Under the pieces are notes generated by a model. The model was not told the origin of the DNA. It was given only the letters and a program-made list of their open reading frames with translations, and did not search any database. Below, piece by piece: positions 51,649-61,954 of a stretch of DNA of 64,000 nt. The first letter of the stretch is position 1, and each line of letters opens with the position of its first letter. Origin of the DNA: Promethearchaeota archaeon (GTDB lineage: Archaea > Asgardarchaeota > Lokiarchaeia > Sigyniarchaeales > SOKP01); contig JAHPZE010000006.1 of NCBI GenBank assembly GCA_019058365.1, forward strand, positions 96,001 through 160,000. The letters are read 5' to 3'. The translations under genes were made by a program, and so were the position numbers.

Positions 51649-52566
51649 ATGCTAAAAAAAACCATACTTTTTGATTTAACTCACAATGAAATGTTAAATA
51701 TCGATGATGAAGAATTTAAGGAATTCTCAAATCTTCTAAAACGATTAGATGTTAAGATTAAAAAGAATGAGAATGGACATATAACGAAAAACACATTAGA
51801 AAATATTGATCTTGTAATCATTGGTAATCCAATTGATGATTTCTTTTCAAGTTTAGAAATAAAACATGTTGTTGATCATGTGAGAAGTGGAGGGGGGGTA
51901 CTCTTATTGAGTGAATATGGAGCAGATCACCTTCAAAAAACCAATCTAAATGATATTGCTGGAAAATTTGGTATTTTTTTTGAGAAAAATATAATTAAAG
52001 AGATAAATGACAACAATAAAAATTGTTCTAGCATATTACACATTCAGAATTTTTTAAAGCATCAAATAACAAAAAATTTAAGAGAAATAATAATTGGAGG
52101 TGCATGTTCCTTATTTTTAAGTAAAGAAGTAAAGCCTATATTGCAATCAAATGAACGATCTGTATGGTCAGAAGTTTATAATAATGCATCTGAGGAATGG
52201 TCCAAACTAGAGGAAAAACAGTATACTCTTGCAGCATATTCAGAATTTGGTCAAGGAAAAATCATTGCGATTGGAGATATTGATATATTCACTAACAATT
52301 CAAAAATAGGCATAAATTCATTGGATAATCGAAAATTTATTCAAAATATTATTAATTGGTTAATAAATCCTGTTAAGGAATCTAAGGTTAAGTCATTTAT
52401 CCTTAATCAACTTGGTGATCTCCAATATGAAATTAAGGAGACTAACAAAGTATTGAATAATATTATCGAAACTATGACGATTTTAGAAAAACGAATTACT
52501 TATTTGGAAAAAAATTCAAAAGTAGATATGCAACCATCAGATCAAGAAGAAAGTTTTGAAACTTAA
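51649..52566 (+). CDS. GIFT (GldG/IFT52-like) domain + C-terminal coiled coil
   Basis: ILFDLTHNE, LVIIGNP, GGGVLLL, LNDIAGKFGI, GKIIAIGD, DNRKFIQNIINWL. Confidence 0.72.
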   Translation: MLKKTILFDLTHNEMLNIDDEEFKEFSNLLKRLDVKIKKNENGHITKNTLENIDLVIIGNPIDDFFSSLEIKHVVDHVRSGGGVLLLSEYGADHLQKTNLNDIAGKFGIFFEKNIIKEINDNNKNCSSILHIQNFLKHQITKNLREIIIGGACSLFLSKEVKPILQSNERSVWSEVYNNASEEWSKLEEKQYTLAAYSEFGQGKIIAIGDIDIFTNNSKIGINSLDNRKFIQNIINWLINPVKESKVKSFILNQLGDLQYEIKETNKVLNNIIETMTILEKRITYLEKNSKVDMQPSDQEESFET

Positions 52567-52706
52567 TCAACTTAAGAAGTCTTATTATTAAATATTCGAA
52601 AAGAATATGAAGTCCTTTTTTTTTTAATAAATAAATATTAAAAATTTTGATATTTATCTAGATTATCAATTGTCATAAATATTACTAATTTTAAGGAGAA
52701 AATAAA

Positions 52707-54155
52707 ATGCCTTTAAAAACTCCAAAAGAATATCTAGAGTCTATTAAAAGACCAATTAATTTATATATGTTTGGTGAAAAAGTAAAAGAGTTTTGGAACC
52801 ACCCAATCATTAAACCTTCAATAAATACTGTAATGAAGATTTATGAGTTAGCCCAAATAGATGAGTATAAAGAACTAATGACAGCAAAGTCTCATTTAAC
52901 GGGTGAAACTATAAATAGGTTTACTCATATTCATCAATCCGTAGATGACTTAATAAAAAAAGTAAAAATGCAGAGACTACTCGGACAAAAAACTGCTTGC
53001 TGCTTTCAAAGATGCGTAGGTTTTGATACTGCAAATGCATTATACAGCGTAACTTATGAGATGGATAAAAAGAATAATACTAATTATCATGAACGTTTTA
53101 AAAAATATTGGATTGAAGTTCAAACCCAAGATCTAATGGTAGATGGCGCAATGACAGATACGAAAGGTGATAGAAGCAAAAGACCTAAAGATCAACCAGA
53201 TCCCGATGCTTTTTTACATATAGTAGACGAGAATGATGAGGGTATCATAGTAAGAGGAGCCAAAGTTCATCAAACAGGATTTCTTAACTCTCATCGGGCA
53301 ATCGTTATGCCTACACTTTCTTTAAGACCAGGTGAAGAGGAATATGCGGTAAGTTTTGGAATTGATACAAATACAGATGGAATTACTCTAATATATGGAA
53401 GACAATCATGTGATACAAGAAAATTGGAAAATGAGAAACTAGATATCGGAAATTTTAAATATGGTGGACAAGAAATTTTTGTTGTCTTCAACAATGTCTT
53501 TATTCCAAATGAAAATATTTTTATGAAGGGTGAGATCGAGTTCGCTGGAGAATTGGTTAATCGATTTGCTGGATTTCATCGGCAATCTTATGGTGGATGC
53601 AAAGTGGGAGTTGGAGATGTACTTATCGGGGCTGCAGCTCTGATTTCTGAATATAATGGTACTCAGAACGCATCTCATATTAAAGATAAACTTGTTGAAA
53701 TGATACATTTAAATGAAACATTATATAGTTGTGGTATCGCTTGCAGCTCTTTAGGGTTCCAAAGAGAAGCTGGCAATTATGAAATGGATATGTTATTAGC
53801 AAATGTATGTAAACAAAATGTTACTCGCTTTCCCTATGAAATAGGAAGATTAGCTGAAGATCTGGCGGGTGGAATGATTTGTACAATGCCTTCTGAAGCA
53901 GACATTAATTCAAAAGAGATTGGACCATTAATTGAAAAGTATTTAACTACATGTGAGGGAATATGCGCTGAAGATCGCTTTAAATTATTACGGTTTATTG
54001 AGAATTTAACCATGGGTGTTGCTTCTGTTAGCTATCGAACCGAATCGATGCATGGCGCGGGATCCCCTCAAGCACAAAGGATTATGATATCGAGACAAGC
54101 AAATTTCGAAGAAAAGAAAAAATTTGTAAAAGATATACTTGATATTGAAGAATAA
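52707..54155 (+). CDS. abfD: 4-hydroxybutyryl-CoA dehydratase
   Basis: CFQRCVG, MTDTKGDRS, GAKVHQTG, HRQSYGGC, ESMHGAGSPQAQR. Confidence 0.93.
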   Translation: MPLKTPKEYLESIKRPINLYMFGEKVKEFWNHPIIKPSINTVMKIYELAQIDEYKELMTAKSHLTGETINRFTHIHQSVDDLIKKVKMQRLLGQKTACCFQRCVGFDTANALYSVTYEMDKKNNTNYHERFKKYWIEVQTQDLMVDGAMTDTKGDRSKRPKDQPDPDAFLHIVDENDEGIIVRGAKVHQTGFLNSHRAIVMPTLSLRPGEEEYAVSFGIDTNTDGITLIYGRQSCDTRKLENEKLDIGNFKYGGQEIFVVFNNVFIPNENIFMKGEIEFAGELVNRFAGFHRQSYGGCKVGVGDVLIGAAALISEYNGTQNASHIKDKLVEMIHLNETLYSCGIACSSLGFQREAGNYEMDMLLANVCKQNVTRFPYEIGRLAEDLAGGMICTMPSEADINSKEIGPLIEKYLTTCEGICAEDRFKLLRFIENLTMGVASVSYRTESMHGAGSPQAQRIMISRQANFEEKKKFVKDILDIEE

Positions 54156-54281
54156 CTTAGAGTATTAAAACCTAGATTTTACAATTTTTATTATAATGAT
54201 ATCAAATTTTATTAATTATCGTATCTTTTTTAATATACAATGAAGTCTAATTTATATTAAAAAATAATTATATGACAATTA

Positions 54282-54746
54282 ATGGGCAAACAAGTTCAAA
54301 GTCAGGCTAAGAAATTTGGATTGACAAATTTACCACGATATACATTTTATGGCAGACCAAAAAAAATTAAAGCTAAATTTTCAAAAATTAAACCAGATTT
54401 TGCTTATATTGTAGAAAGTTGGATGAAAAATCTAGATCCCACAACAAATATGAGTGAATCTATGGGTGCAAGGAGTTCTAATTATTACTATTTAGCGCCG
54501 CAATTACAAATCTATATTGAAATTGCTGATAAACTTTCGGGATATTTTGCATATAGTGAAGAAAATCATGCTTGTAAAATAGATATTTATGCAAATAATA
54601 CGGATTACGTAAAAGCAATTGTTAAAAGTTTTAACGATCAATGGGATGATGGAATAGTATCTCATCTTAACTTAAAAAAACTTGAAAAAAAATATAAAGT
54701 CAGAGGAGAAGACATCGTTAATGCCTGGAATTCTTTTCTTCAATGA
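54282..54746 (+). CDS. Hypothetical protein
   Basis: 154-aa ORF with no recognised motif. Confidence 0.65.
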   Translation: MGKQVQSQAKKFGLTNLPRYTFYGRPKKIKAKFSKIKPDFAYIVESWMKNLDPTTNMSESMGARSSNYYYLAPQLQIYIEIADKLSGYFAYSEENHACKIDIYANNTDYVKAIVKSFNDQWDDGIVSHLNLKKLEKKYKVRGEDIVNAWNSFLQ

Positions 54747-54790
54747 AATTAAAATATTAGGATTATTGCTTTTTAAATAAAAACCAAAAA

Positions 54791-54955
54791 TTATTTTTTC
54801 TCATTTTTTTCGATTAATACCTCTATTAAGTTGTAATCTCTTGATCCTAAGCCAATTTCTTCGGTTAACTTCAATTTTAATTCCCAGTGTTTTGATTCTT
54901 TCTCACTGAAGTCCATTTCTCCACTTTTGGGATCAAAACGAGGGGTATAGGAAAA
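54791..54955 (-). pseudogene. Diverged 3' fragment of the DUF362 gene
   Basis: Encodes FSYTPRFDPKSGEMDFSEKESKHWELKLKLTEEIGLGSRDYNLIEVLIEKNEKK*, versus FSHTPWFNPESGEMDFSGKESRHWELQLKLAEEIGLGTRDYNLIEVKIEKNK* at 57939-58097. Confidence 0.9.
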
Positions 54956-55120
54956 CGTTTTATTGAGAATTTAACAAGGGGCATTGTTTCTGTTAGCTAT
55001 CGAACTGAATCGATGCATGGAGCAAGAAGTCCTCAAGCACAAAGGATTATGATATCGAGACAAGCTAACTTCGAAGATAAGAAAAAATTAATCAAAAAAA
55101 TTCTTGGCATCGAAGAATAG
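54956..55120 (+). pseudogene. Diverged 3' fragment of abfD
   Basis: Encodes RFIENLTRGIVSVSYRTESMHGARSPQAQRIMISRQANFEDKKKLIKKILGIEE*, versus RFIENLTMGVASVSYRTESMHGAGSPQAQRIMISRQANFEEKKKFVKDILDIEE* at 53991-54155. Confidence 0.9.
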
Positions 55121-55204
55121 ATTAGTACATTAAAATTTGGTCATATTATTTATTTCATTCAAAAAAAAAAAAGAGTAATATTCTATTTTTAATTTCCTTT
55201 ATTC

Positions 55205-56587
55205 ATGATTGATCTATCTTATGATCAAATATTTTCTGCTTTTGAAGAAGTTTCAAACAACTTTAATCGAAAAAACCAATATTTTGACATTTTGTATGAT
55301 TCTTTATCAGCTGTATACATAGATATAGATCCCTCTAAGGAGGATATTTCAGTTATTTCAAAGACATCTGGTATTGTTGCAAGAACCTTTGATGGAACCT
55401 GGAAGGAAATTGGACTTCATGATTTTTCTAATCTGAATACTATTGAAGAAAAATTGCCTAAAGTCGTTAATAAAGGCGAAAAAATTGCTGAATTTAAAGG
55501 ATGGAAGTTAAATAAAGAACTTAAAACTAAAATTGATCCTCAAAAAATCTCTATTGAAGAAAAGTTAAAGAAAATTAGACACATTTTTAACTTTATTCAA
55601 AATTATGATAAAAAAATTGCCATGTGTCAATTAAAATACTTGGAAACCCAAATTACACGTATTTTCGTAAATAATGAGGGAAGTCAATTACGACAAGTGA
55701 TACCAAGATTAAGATTCTTTATTTTTCCGATAGTTAAAGAAGGTATAAAGGTTGATTTTGATCATTTTGTACTTGAAGGTGAAGCGGGTTTTGAACTTTT
55801 TGATGAATTGAATGACAGTAAGTTAGAACAAATAGCAAATAACTCTTTGGAAATGTTAAATGCTAAAAAGCCTCCCTCAGGTAAATTTCCCGTAATAGTA
55901 GATTCAGGAATGGCTGGAACTATTGCTCATGAAAGTTTTGGTCATGGATTAGAAGCTGATCAAGTTTTAAGAGGAAGAAGTTATTTAAAAGAAAAATTGA
56001 ATAAAAAGGTTGCTTCAGAAATATGTGTAATATGCGATACCCCAAACCTTGAAAATCAAATAGGATCTTATTACTTTGATGATGAGGGTATAAAAGCAGG
56101 CAAAAACATATTGGTTGAAAATGGAATCCTAAAAAATTTCATTTATGATCGAAGAAGTGCCTCAGTATTAAATGGATCTCCACAAGGAAATGGAAGAAGG
56201 GAAAGTTATGCTCACGTTATTCATCCAAGGATGTCAAATACATATTTTGAACCAGGAGACTATGATCTAGAAGAAATGGTAACAGAAATTAAAGAGGGGA
56301 TAATATGTAAACACTCATATTTTGGCATGGAGGATCCTATTGGTGGAGGTATGCAATGTACTTCTAAGAAAGGATATTTTATTGAAAATGGTGAACAGAC
56401 GAAAATACTAAAAAGTATTGCTTTATCTGGTTATGTATTAGATGTACTACAGAATATTGATGCAATTAGTAAGGATGCTACAAAACTTCATGGAGGCACA
56501 TGTGGAAAGGGTAATGCTGATCATGTTCCTGTTAGCGATGGTGGTAGTTATCTTAGATTTAAAGAAGTATTAATTAGTCCGGGGTGA
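55205..56587 (+). CDS. tldD: TldD family metalloprotease
   Basis: HESFGHGLEAD, DDEG, GNGRRESY, PRMSNT, GTCGK. Confidence 0.92.
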   Translation: MIDLSYDQIFSAFEEVSNNFNRKNQYFDILYDSLSAVYIDIDPSKEDISVISKTSGIVARTFDGTWKEIGLHDFSNLNTIEEKLPKVVNKGEKIAEFKGWKLNKELKTKIDPQKISIEEKLKKIRHIFNFIQNYDKKIAMCQLKYLETQITRIFVNNEGSQLRQVIPRLRFFIFPIVKEGIKVDFDHFVLEGEAGFELFDELNDSKLEQIANNSLEMLNAKKPPSGKFPVIVDSGMAGTIAHESFGHGLEADQVLRGRSYLKEKLNKKVASEICVICDTPNLENQIGSYYFDDEGIKAGKNILVENGILKNFIYDRRSASVLNGSPQGNGRRESYAHVIHPRMSNTYFEPGDYDLEEMVTEIKEGIICKHSYFGMEDPIGGGMQCTSKKGYFIENGEQTKILKSIALSGYVLDVLQNIDAISKDATKLHGGTCGKGNADHVPVSDGGSYLRFKEVLISPG

Positions 56588-57924
56588 AATTAAATATGTC
56601 TAAACAAAATTTAGATATAATAGAAAACCTAATGAAATCTAAAGGTGTTAAAGATTATGAGATTTTCCTTGTTGAAGGGAAAGCATATGAATCTATTCTA
56701 CTGAAGGATAAGGTTGATAATGAAAGAGAACTGAATGATTTAAAATATATTTTACGAATTCTCTTTCATAAAGAAGACAAAACAGGAATTGGAGTTATTA
56801 AAGGAAATTCTCTGGATATAAACGAAATTGAGAAAAGCATAAATACATGCGTTTTAATCGCAAAAAATAATTTGGGTTCCCAATTTTACTTTCCAAGGGA
56901 AGCTTCTTTTCCAGAAGTATCAATCTTAGATAAAAAAATATTTCAGGCTCCCCTTGATATTAAAAATGATTTAGTAGAAGAATTAATTTCTGAGATAAAT
57001 CATTATAAAGAAGTTACCCCTACTTTTGGGCGTTTTCGGGTTCATATCGATAAAATCTCTTTAAGAAATAGTAATGCTCTTGATATTAGCACTCTAAAGA
57101 CTTATTTTTTTATAGAAATCTCATTAAAGGCTCAATTAAATGGGAAATTATCAGAATATTGGCCTTATTTATTTATCAAAGAAAAAAATCAATTAGATTT
57201 TTCAAAAAGAGTAGAAAAATGGGTTAGATTAGCTCAAGATTCCTTAAAAGCTAAAGGTCCACTACAGAATAATATTGCAACTGTGATTTTTTCGCCACGA
57301 GTATTAAAAAATGCACTCAATCCTGTAATAGAAAGACACGCTTCTGGGAGTGCATATCTTCAAAATCTCTCTAGATTTGAAATCGATAAAGAGGTTGCTT
57401 CTAATAATATCTGTCTCATTGATAATGGGTTATTAGAAGGAGGTTTAAGAACTAATAAGTGGGATAGTGAAGGATCACCTCATCAAAGAACTGAAATAAT
57501 TAAGGATGGAATTTTCCAAAAAAGACTTTATGATCAAAAATTTGCGCTTCTCGCTCATCAAAGCTCAACTGGAAATGGAATGAGAACTTTAAAGGGCGCT
57601 GTTGATAATGGAATAAGTAATTTGGAGATTCTACCTGGAACTATGAATTTAGATGATATTATATCAGAAATAAATGAAGGTTATTATATTGAACAATTTT
57701 CTTGGTTGAATCCAAGCATACTATCAGGTGATTTTGGAGCAGAAATCAGAAATGGGTACTATATTAAAAATGGTAAATTTGAAAATCCAATCAAACTAGG
57801 AAATGTTAGCGGAAATGTGCTTAAAATGATCAAAGATTGCCAATACCTTTCTAAAGAACGAGAATATTTTGAGAACTCTCTTTTTCCTTACATGGTTTTT
57901 AACAATTTAGCTGTTTCACTATAA
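56584..57924 (+). CDS. pmbA: PmbA/TldE family protein
   Basis: DSEG, STGNG, SGDFGAEI; no HExxxH; overlaps the tldD stop codon. Confidence 0.88.
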   Translation: MKLNMSKQNLDIIENLMKSKGVKDYEIFLVEGKAYESILLKDKVDNERELNDLKYILRILFHKEDKTGIGVIKGNSLDINEIEKSINTCVLIAKNNLGSQFYFPREASFPEVSILDKKIFQAPLDIKNDLVEELISEINHYKEVTPTFGRFRVHIDKISLRNSNALDISTLKTYFFIEISLKAQLNGKLSEYWPYLFIKEKNQLDFSKRVEKWVRLAQDSLKAKGPLQNNIATVIFSPRVLKNALNPVIERHASGSAYLQNLSRFEIDKEVASNNICLIDNGLLEGGLRTNKWDSEGSPHQRTEIIKDGIFQKRLYDQKFALLAHQSSTGNGMRTLKGAVDNGISNLEILPGTMNLDDIISEINEGYYIEQFSWLNPSILSGDFGAEIRNGYYIKNGKFENPIKLGNVSGNVLKMIKDCQYLSKEREYFENSLFPYMVFNNLAVSL

Positions 57925-57938
57925 AAAAAATGGAATTT

Positions 57939-59162
57939 TTATTTATTTTTTTCAATTTTCACTTCAATTAAATTATAATCTCTTGTTCCTAAACCAATTT
58001 CTTCAGCCAACTTTAATTGTAATTCCCAGTGTCTTGACTCTTTCCCACTAAAATCCATTTCTCCGCTCTCAGGATTAAACCAAGGTGTATGAGAAAACCA
58101 TTCATGAGGTCCTTGAGTTGGTAAACCCTCCACTTCAGAAAGAACAGAATGAGGACTAATCGAAGATTTATGTATAAGATCTACAGTTGCTTGGTCTAAA
58201 GCAACAGGATCTAAAGATGCTAAAACTCCAATATCTGGAACAAATGGGATATCTGAACCTCCTGTACAATCACACTGGTAGGTGATATCTATTGCATAAT
58301 TAATATAAAAGATTTTATCTTTCCCAAAATATTCGACTACTCCCTTAGCATTATCGACCATCTGTGTAACGAAAACTTCACGAGGAACGCTGCCGATATT
58401 AATAACTTTATCTTTGCATACCGAAGCACACATGTAACAAAATTTACATTTTTCTTCTTTGAAAATTAATTTATTATCTTTATCTTTAGATAATGCGTTG
58501 GTAGGGCATATATTAATACAGCTTTTACACTCAGGATTACAATTATCGAAATTAATCTCAAATGTTTTCCCCGTATGAGCTTCAACTTTTCCACCCTTCG
58601 AAACACAACCAATTCCGAGGTTCTTTATTGCCCCTCCAAACCCTCCGCTAATATGGCCTTTAAAATGCGATGCTAATATCATATAATCAAAGTCTCTTAA
58701 ACGTCCTGCCACTAAAACGTCATTAAATATCTTTCCATTAATTTTTTGAACTTCAAGATCAGCTCCAACTTTTCCATCTAACATAAGAATTGGAGCACCC
58801 ATGGTTTCTTTTGTAAATCCATGCTTTAGAGCTGTTTCTAAATATTCTGCTTCAGATGATCGACCAGAGTATTCTGTATGAACCCCTGAAACACTTTCGG
58901 GTAGACCCCATCCACAAGATTCTGCTACTGATGGAATCCCACCTAGATCTTTGACATAATCACATAAGAATCGTATATAGCTTGGGCGCAAGTATCTTGT
59001 GTTCTCTAATGCACCAAAATGTGTTTTAATTACTACTTTATCACCTTTCTTAATCTTTTGCTCAATTCCAATTTCTCTCAAGGCTAAAGAACCTTTAAAT
59101 TTGCTCATACTTTGCTTATGAACGTGTGTTCGAGCCGTAAAATAAAAAACATCTGATTTCAT
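57939..59162 (-). CDS. DUF362 protein with inserted 4Fe-4S ferredoxin
   Basis: KTHFG, SHFKGH..GFGGAIKNLGIGC, CxxCxxxCP motifs, QCDC, DIGVLASLDPVALD. Confidence 0.9.
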   Translation of the reverse strand: MKSDVFYFTARTHVHKQSMSKFKGSLALREIGIEQKIKKGDKVVIKTHFGALENTRYLRPSYIRFLCDYVKDLGGIPSVAESCGWGLPESVSGVHTEYSGRSSEAEYLETALKHGFTKETMGAPILMLDGKVGADLEVQKINGKIFNDVLVAGRLRDFDYMILASHFKGHISGGFGGAIKNLGIGCVSKGGKVEAHTGKTFEINFDNCNPECKSCINICPTNALSKDKDNKLIFKEEKCKFCYMCASVCKDKVINIGSVPREVFVTQMVDNAKGVVEYFGKDKIFYINYAIDITYQCDCTGGSDIPFVPDIGVLASLDPVALDQATVDLIHKSSISPHSVLSEVEGLPTQGPHEWFSHTPWFNPESGEMDFSGKESRHWELQLKLAEEIGLGTRDYNLIEVKIEKNK

Positions 59163-59320
59163 TATCCATTACTTTAAATAAGTTCTATTAAATTCATACA
59201 AATAATTAGAATTTATAAGATAAGTCAAAAAATATTTTAACGCTAATTAATTCTATTAATATAATATATAAATAAAAAAATAGCTCAGAAAATAATAAAA
59301 AAGAATAAGATGGTATTTTA

Positions 59321-59554
59321 ATGGCTCGCTGCCCCGAATGCGGAGGTTTTATGAAATATCATTCAGCCATAAAACAGATGGTTTGTCAATCATGCGGACT
59401 TTCGTTAACTAGACATGAATTAGATGGGTATTGGAAAAAAGTAAGAAGTGAAAATATTACAGAAACTGACAATATGCAACAAAAGAAAAATCGGCGTAAA
59501 GAATGGTTAGAGTGGTATTCCTCCTCTAAAGAATCCAAGGAAAAAGATTTTTAG
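59321..59554 (+). CDS. Small zinc-ribbon protein
   Basis: CPECGG...CQSCG, then a helical tail with EWLEWY. Confidence 0.8.
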   Translation: MARCPECGGFMKYHSAIKQMVCQSCGLSLTRHELDGYWKKVRSENITETDNMQQKKNRRKEWLEWYSSSKESKEKDF

Positions 59555-59657
59555 AAATCAATATTAATAAGTTAGATTTTCTACAAAATAAGAGAATTCT
59601 ATTTAGAATTAAGAAAAAAGAGAGTTATATTGTTTTAGACCATTGAGCTATTACCTA

Positions 59658-60848
59658 TTAATTAAATTTTCTTTGTAAAATGTCTTCTAACAGTTCTGCT
59701 AATTTTAATGCAGGGATATCTAACAGTGTTATCTCTAAATGCCTTCCACGAGTAGCCTCTTCGATTCTTACTGTTTTAGACGCCATAATTTTTAACTGAG
59801 TAAGTTGGCGTACGTATTTTCTAAAACTCATTTTAACATGAGGTTCAATAGAATAATTCTCACATATAGCATTATATTCTTCAAATGCATCGTCAACTAA
59901 AGTGAAAGGTTCGTCATTATTAATTAATGACCGCACAATTCCGTATAAGGCTAAGAGCTCTTGATCTTTTAATTGATCTATAATATCACTTCTGAAAGTA
60001 GGATACACATCATTAGACGCCTCTCTAATAATATCAGCAGTTATACGATCAAGTCCTTCCTTATCACAATAAGATCCACTTTTACGTAAAATTTCAATCC
60101 CATGTCTCATGTTTTTATGATCAACTACGATTTGTGAAACTATTATTAAAAGTTCTTCATCGATCACATTTTCTTTTAACGCCAATTCACTGCGATATTT
60201 CAAGATTTGCTGTGATTCATCAAAATCATAAGGCTTAAGTTGGATTTTCTCATTTAGTCTACTTAATATTCTTTCATTCTCAATTATCATCCAATCTTTA
60301 CTTCTAGAAATTAACAATAGCGACAATTTCGCATTTTGGTGACCGAATGTTTCCGCAATGTCCAAAAATGCAAGTACTTCATCTGGTTTGAGAAGATGAA
60401 TCTCATCTATTATTAATAACATGTAGCCTTTCTCCCGAATCAGTTGCGAAAGAATTAACTTTAAAGCCTCGTCGTCCGAGAAACCGCGCCCGCTACCATG
60501 TTGATATTTGGCGAGGAGCTCTCTAATTATCTTACTCTTAGAGCGAAAATTGATGCAATTAAAATATTCTAAAAATAATTTAACATCATTTTCAATTGCT
60601 ATAGTTCTAAAATTTTTTCCAAAATAGCGCGCTGTACATGTTTTTCCCACTCCTCCTTTCCCTAAGATCAAGCAATTAACAGAAGGTTGTTCTTTTTCCT
60701 CCATAATTCTCCTATAATTAAATATCAATGTTTTTAAAGCTTCATCGCGACACATTAATTTTTCTGGTACATAACTTAAATCAAGAGAACTCGCTTGTCT
60801 AAAAACCGACTTTTTCATAAATTGCTTTCTGAATTCATCCTCGTCCAT
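59658..60848 (-). CDS. cdc6: Cdc6/Orc1 replication initiator
   Basis: YVPEKLMCRD, GKGGVGKT, IIDEIH, RILSRL, PYD, C-terminal wHTH (RGR). Confidence 0.92.
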   Translation of the reverse strand: MDEDEFRKQFMKKSVFRQASSLDLSYVPEKLMCRDEALKTLIFNYRRIMEEKEQPSVNCLILGKGGVGKTCTARYFGKNFRTIAIENDVKLFLEYFNCINFRSKSKIIRELLAKYQHGSGRGFSDDEALKLILSQLIREKGYMLLIIDEIHLLKPDEVLAFLDIAETFGHQNAKLSLLLISRSKDWMIIENERILSRLNEKIQLKPYDFDESQQILKYRSELALKENVIDEELLIIVSQIVVDHKNMRHGIEILRKSGSYCDKEGLDRITADIIREASNDVYPTFRSDIIDQLKDQELLALYGIVRSLINNDEPFTLVDDAFEEYNAICENYSIEPHVKMSFRKYVRQLTQLKIMASKTVRIEEATRGRHLEITLLDIPALKLAELLEDILQRKFN

Positions 60849-60903
60849 TGTAAATCGAGAAAATCTGGTATATAATTTTGAAGTATAAGTAATAAAAGAA
60901 CAA

Positions 60904-60931
60904 TTTAAGTATAAATTTTCTTATACTTGTT
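60904..60931. other. dif-like Xer recombination site (11-6-11)
   Basis: TTTAAGTATAA-ATTTTC-TTATACTTGTT: 8-bp perfect inverted arms with the ATAA-N6-TTAT core, 54 bp from the xerA stop. Confidence 0.55.
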
Positions 60932-60984
60932 AAATTTTGTTTTTTCTATAAAAAATTTATTAATTAAAAAAAATAGATTATTAT

Positions 60985-61908
60985 CTACAATTTATCCAAA
61001 TTGTTTAGAGGATGCATTTGCGAATAAGATTCCTTTAATTTAGTTATATCGTTCTTAGCGTAAATCCGTGTTGTATTTGGACTTGAATGACCTAAAATAT
61101 CCTGTAATTCGCTAATATCCATACCTGAACGTCGTAGATGGGTTGCTCCTGTATGTCTGAAAACATGGGGAGTTATAATTTTAGAATCAGCAAACCCGCA
61201 TTTTTCTTTAATTATTTTAATATCTGTTTGAACGACTCGAGGGCTTAATTTTTGGTTCCTTGTATTTACTAAAAGATAATCTTCAGAATCGTAACTTATC
61301 CTATTTTTAAGATATTCTTTAAAAATTTCTAGTGTTTTGTGATCAACGGGTACAATTCGTTCCTTATTTCCTTTTCCCCTGAGTTGTATATATCCTCTTT
61401 CAAAATCAATATCTCTAATTCTTATATTACATAACTCGCTCACTCTTGCCATCGTCGAATATAATAACCTGATAATCAAATAATATCGGTTACCTTTTCG
61501 AGAGTTGAATAATTGGCGATCCTTCAATTTATTAAAAATCACTTCCATATCAGAAATTCTCAAAAACTTGGGTAGACTCTCTTCAAGTTTAATTTTCGGT
61601 GTCTTAATTGTACTCATGGGATCTTTTTCCATAAACTCATTCAAGGTTAGAAATTTAAAATAAGAACGCAATGAGGCAATTTTTCTTCCAATTCCTTTTT
61701 TAGTATAGTTCAATTCATTTAATTTTTTTAAGAATAAACGTATTTTTTGGCGTAGTAGGGGAGAATTAATATATAAATCCCCTACAAGTTCAATGAATTT
61801 CTGAAGATCATAACGATATGCCTTAATAGTGGAGGAAGCACATCCTTCTTCAACTTCTTTCGCAATTAAAAAGTCTTCTATAAAATCAGAAATTTTATAG
61901 GTTTCCAT
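60985..61908 (-). CDS. xerA: XerA/XerC-like tyrosine recombinase
   Basis: STIKAYRYDL, ARVSEL, GKGNKER, TPHVFRHTGAT, LGHSSPNTTRIY. Confidence 0.9.
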   Translation of the reverse strand: METYKISDFIEDFLIAKEVEEGCASSTIKAYRYDLQKFIELVGDLYINSPLLRQKIRLFLKKLNELNYTKKGIGRKIASLRSYFKFLTLNEFMEKDPMSTIKTPKIKLEESLPKFLRISDMEVIFNKLKDRQLFNSRKGNRYYLIIRLLYSTMARVSELCNIRIRDIDFERGYIQLRGKGNKERIVPVDHKTLEIFKEYLKNRISYDSEDYLLVNTRNQKLSPRVVQTDIKIIKEKCGFADSKIITPHVFRHTGATHLRRSGMDISELQDILGHSSPNTTRIYAKNDITKLKESYSQMHPLNNLDKL

Positions 61909-61928
61909 GATGATTACAATATGATCGT

Positions 61929-61954
61929 GATATTACATAATAGATTGTAATATC
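61929..61954. promoter_or_regulatory. Inverted repeat upstream of xerA
   Basis: GATATTACA-TAATAGAT-TGTAATATC. A second inverted repeat, TTAGAGT-N11-ACTCTAA, lies at ~61965-61989. Confidence 0.5.

Noticed and set aside
54791-55120. Diversity-generating retroelement template repeats for abfD or DUF362 C-termini
   Set aside because: The mismatches are not adenine-specific, many are synonymous, and no reverse transcriptase is present in the window.
59555-60984. Replication origin with ORB repeats beside cdc6
   Set aside because: No TTCCAxTGGAAA/G-string ORB consensus in the short flanking gaps; a divergent origin cannot be excluded.
59658-61908. Intact provirus or integrated plasmid
   Set aside because: Flanking genes are housekeeping (trxB, DUF362, tldDE); no capsid, packaging, conjugation or att duplication was seen.
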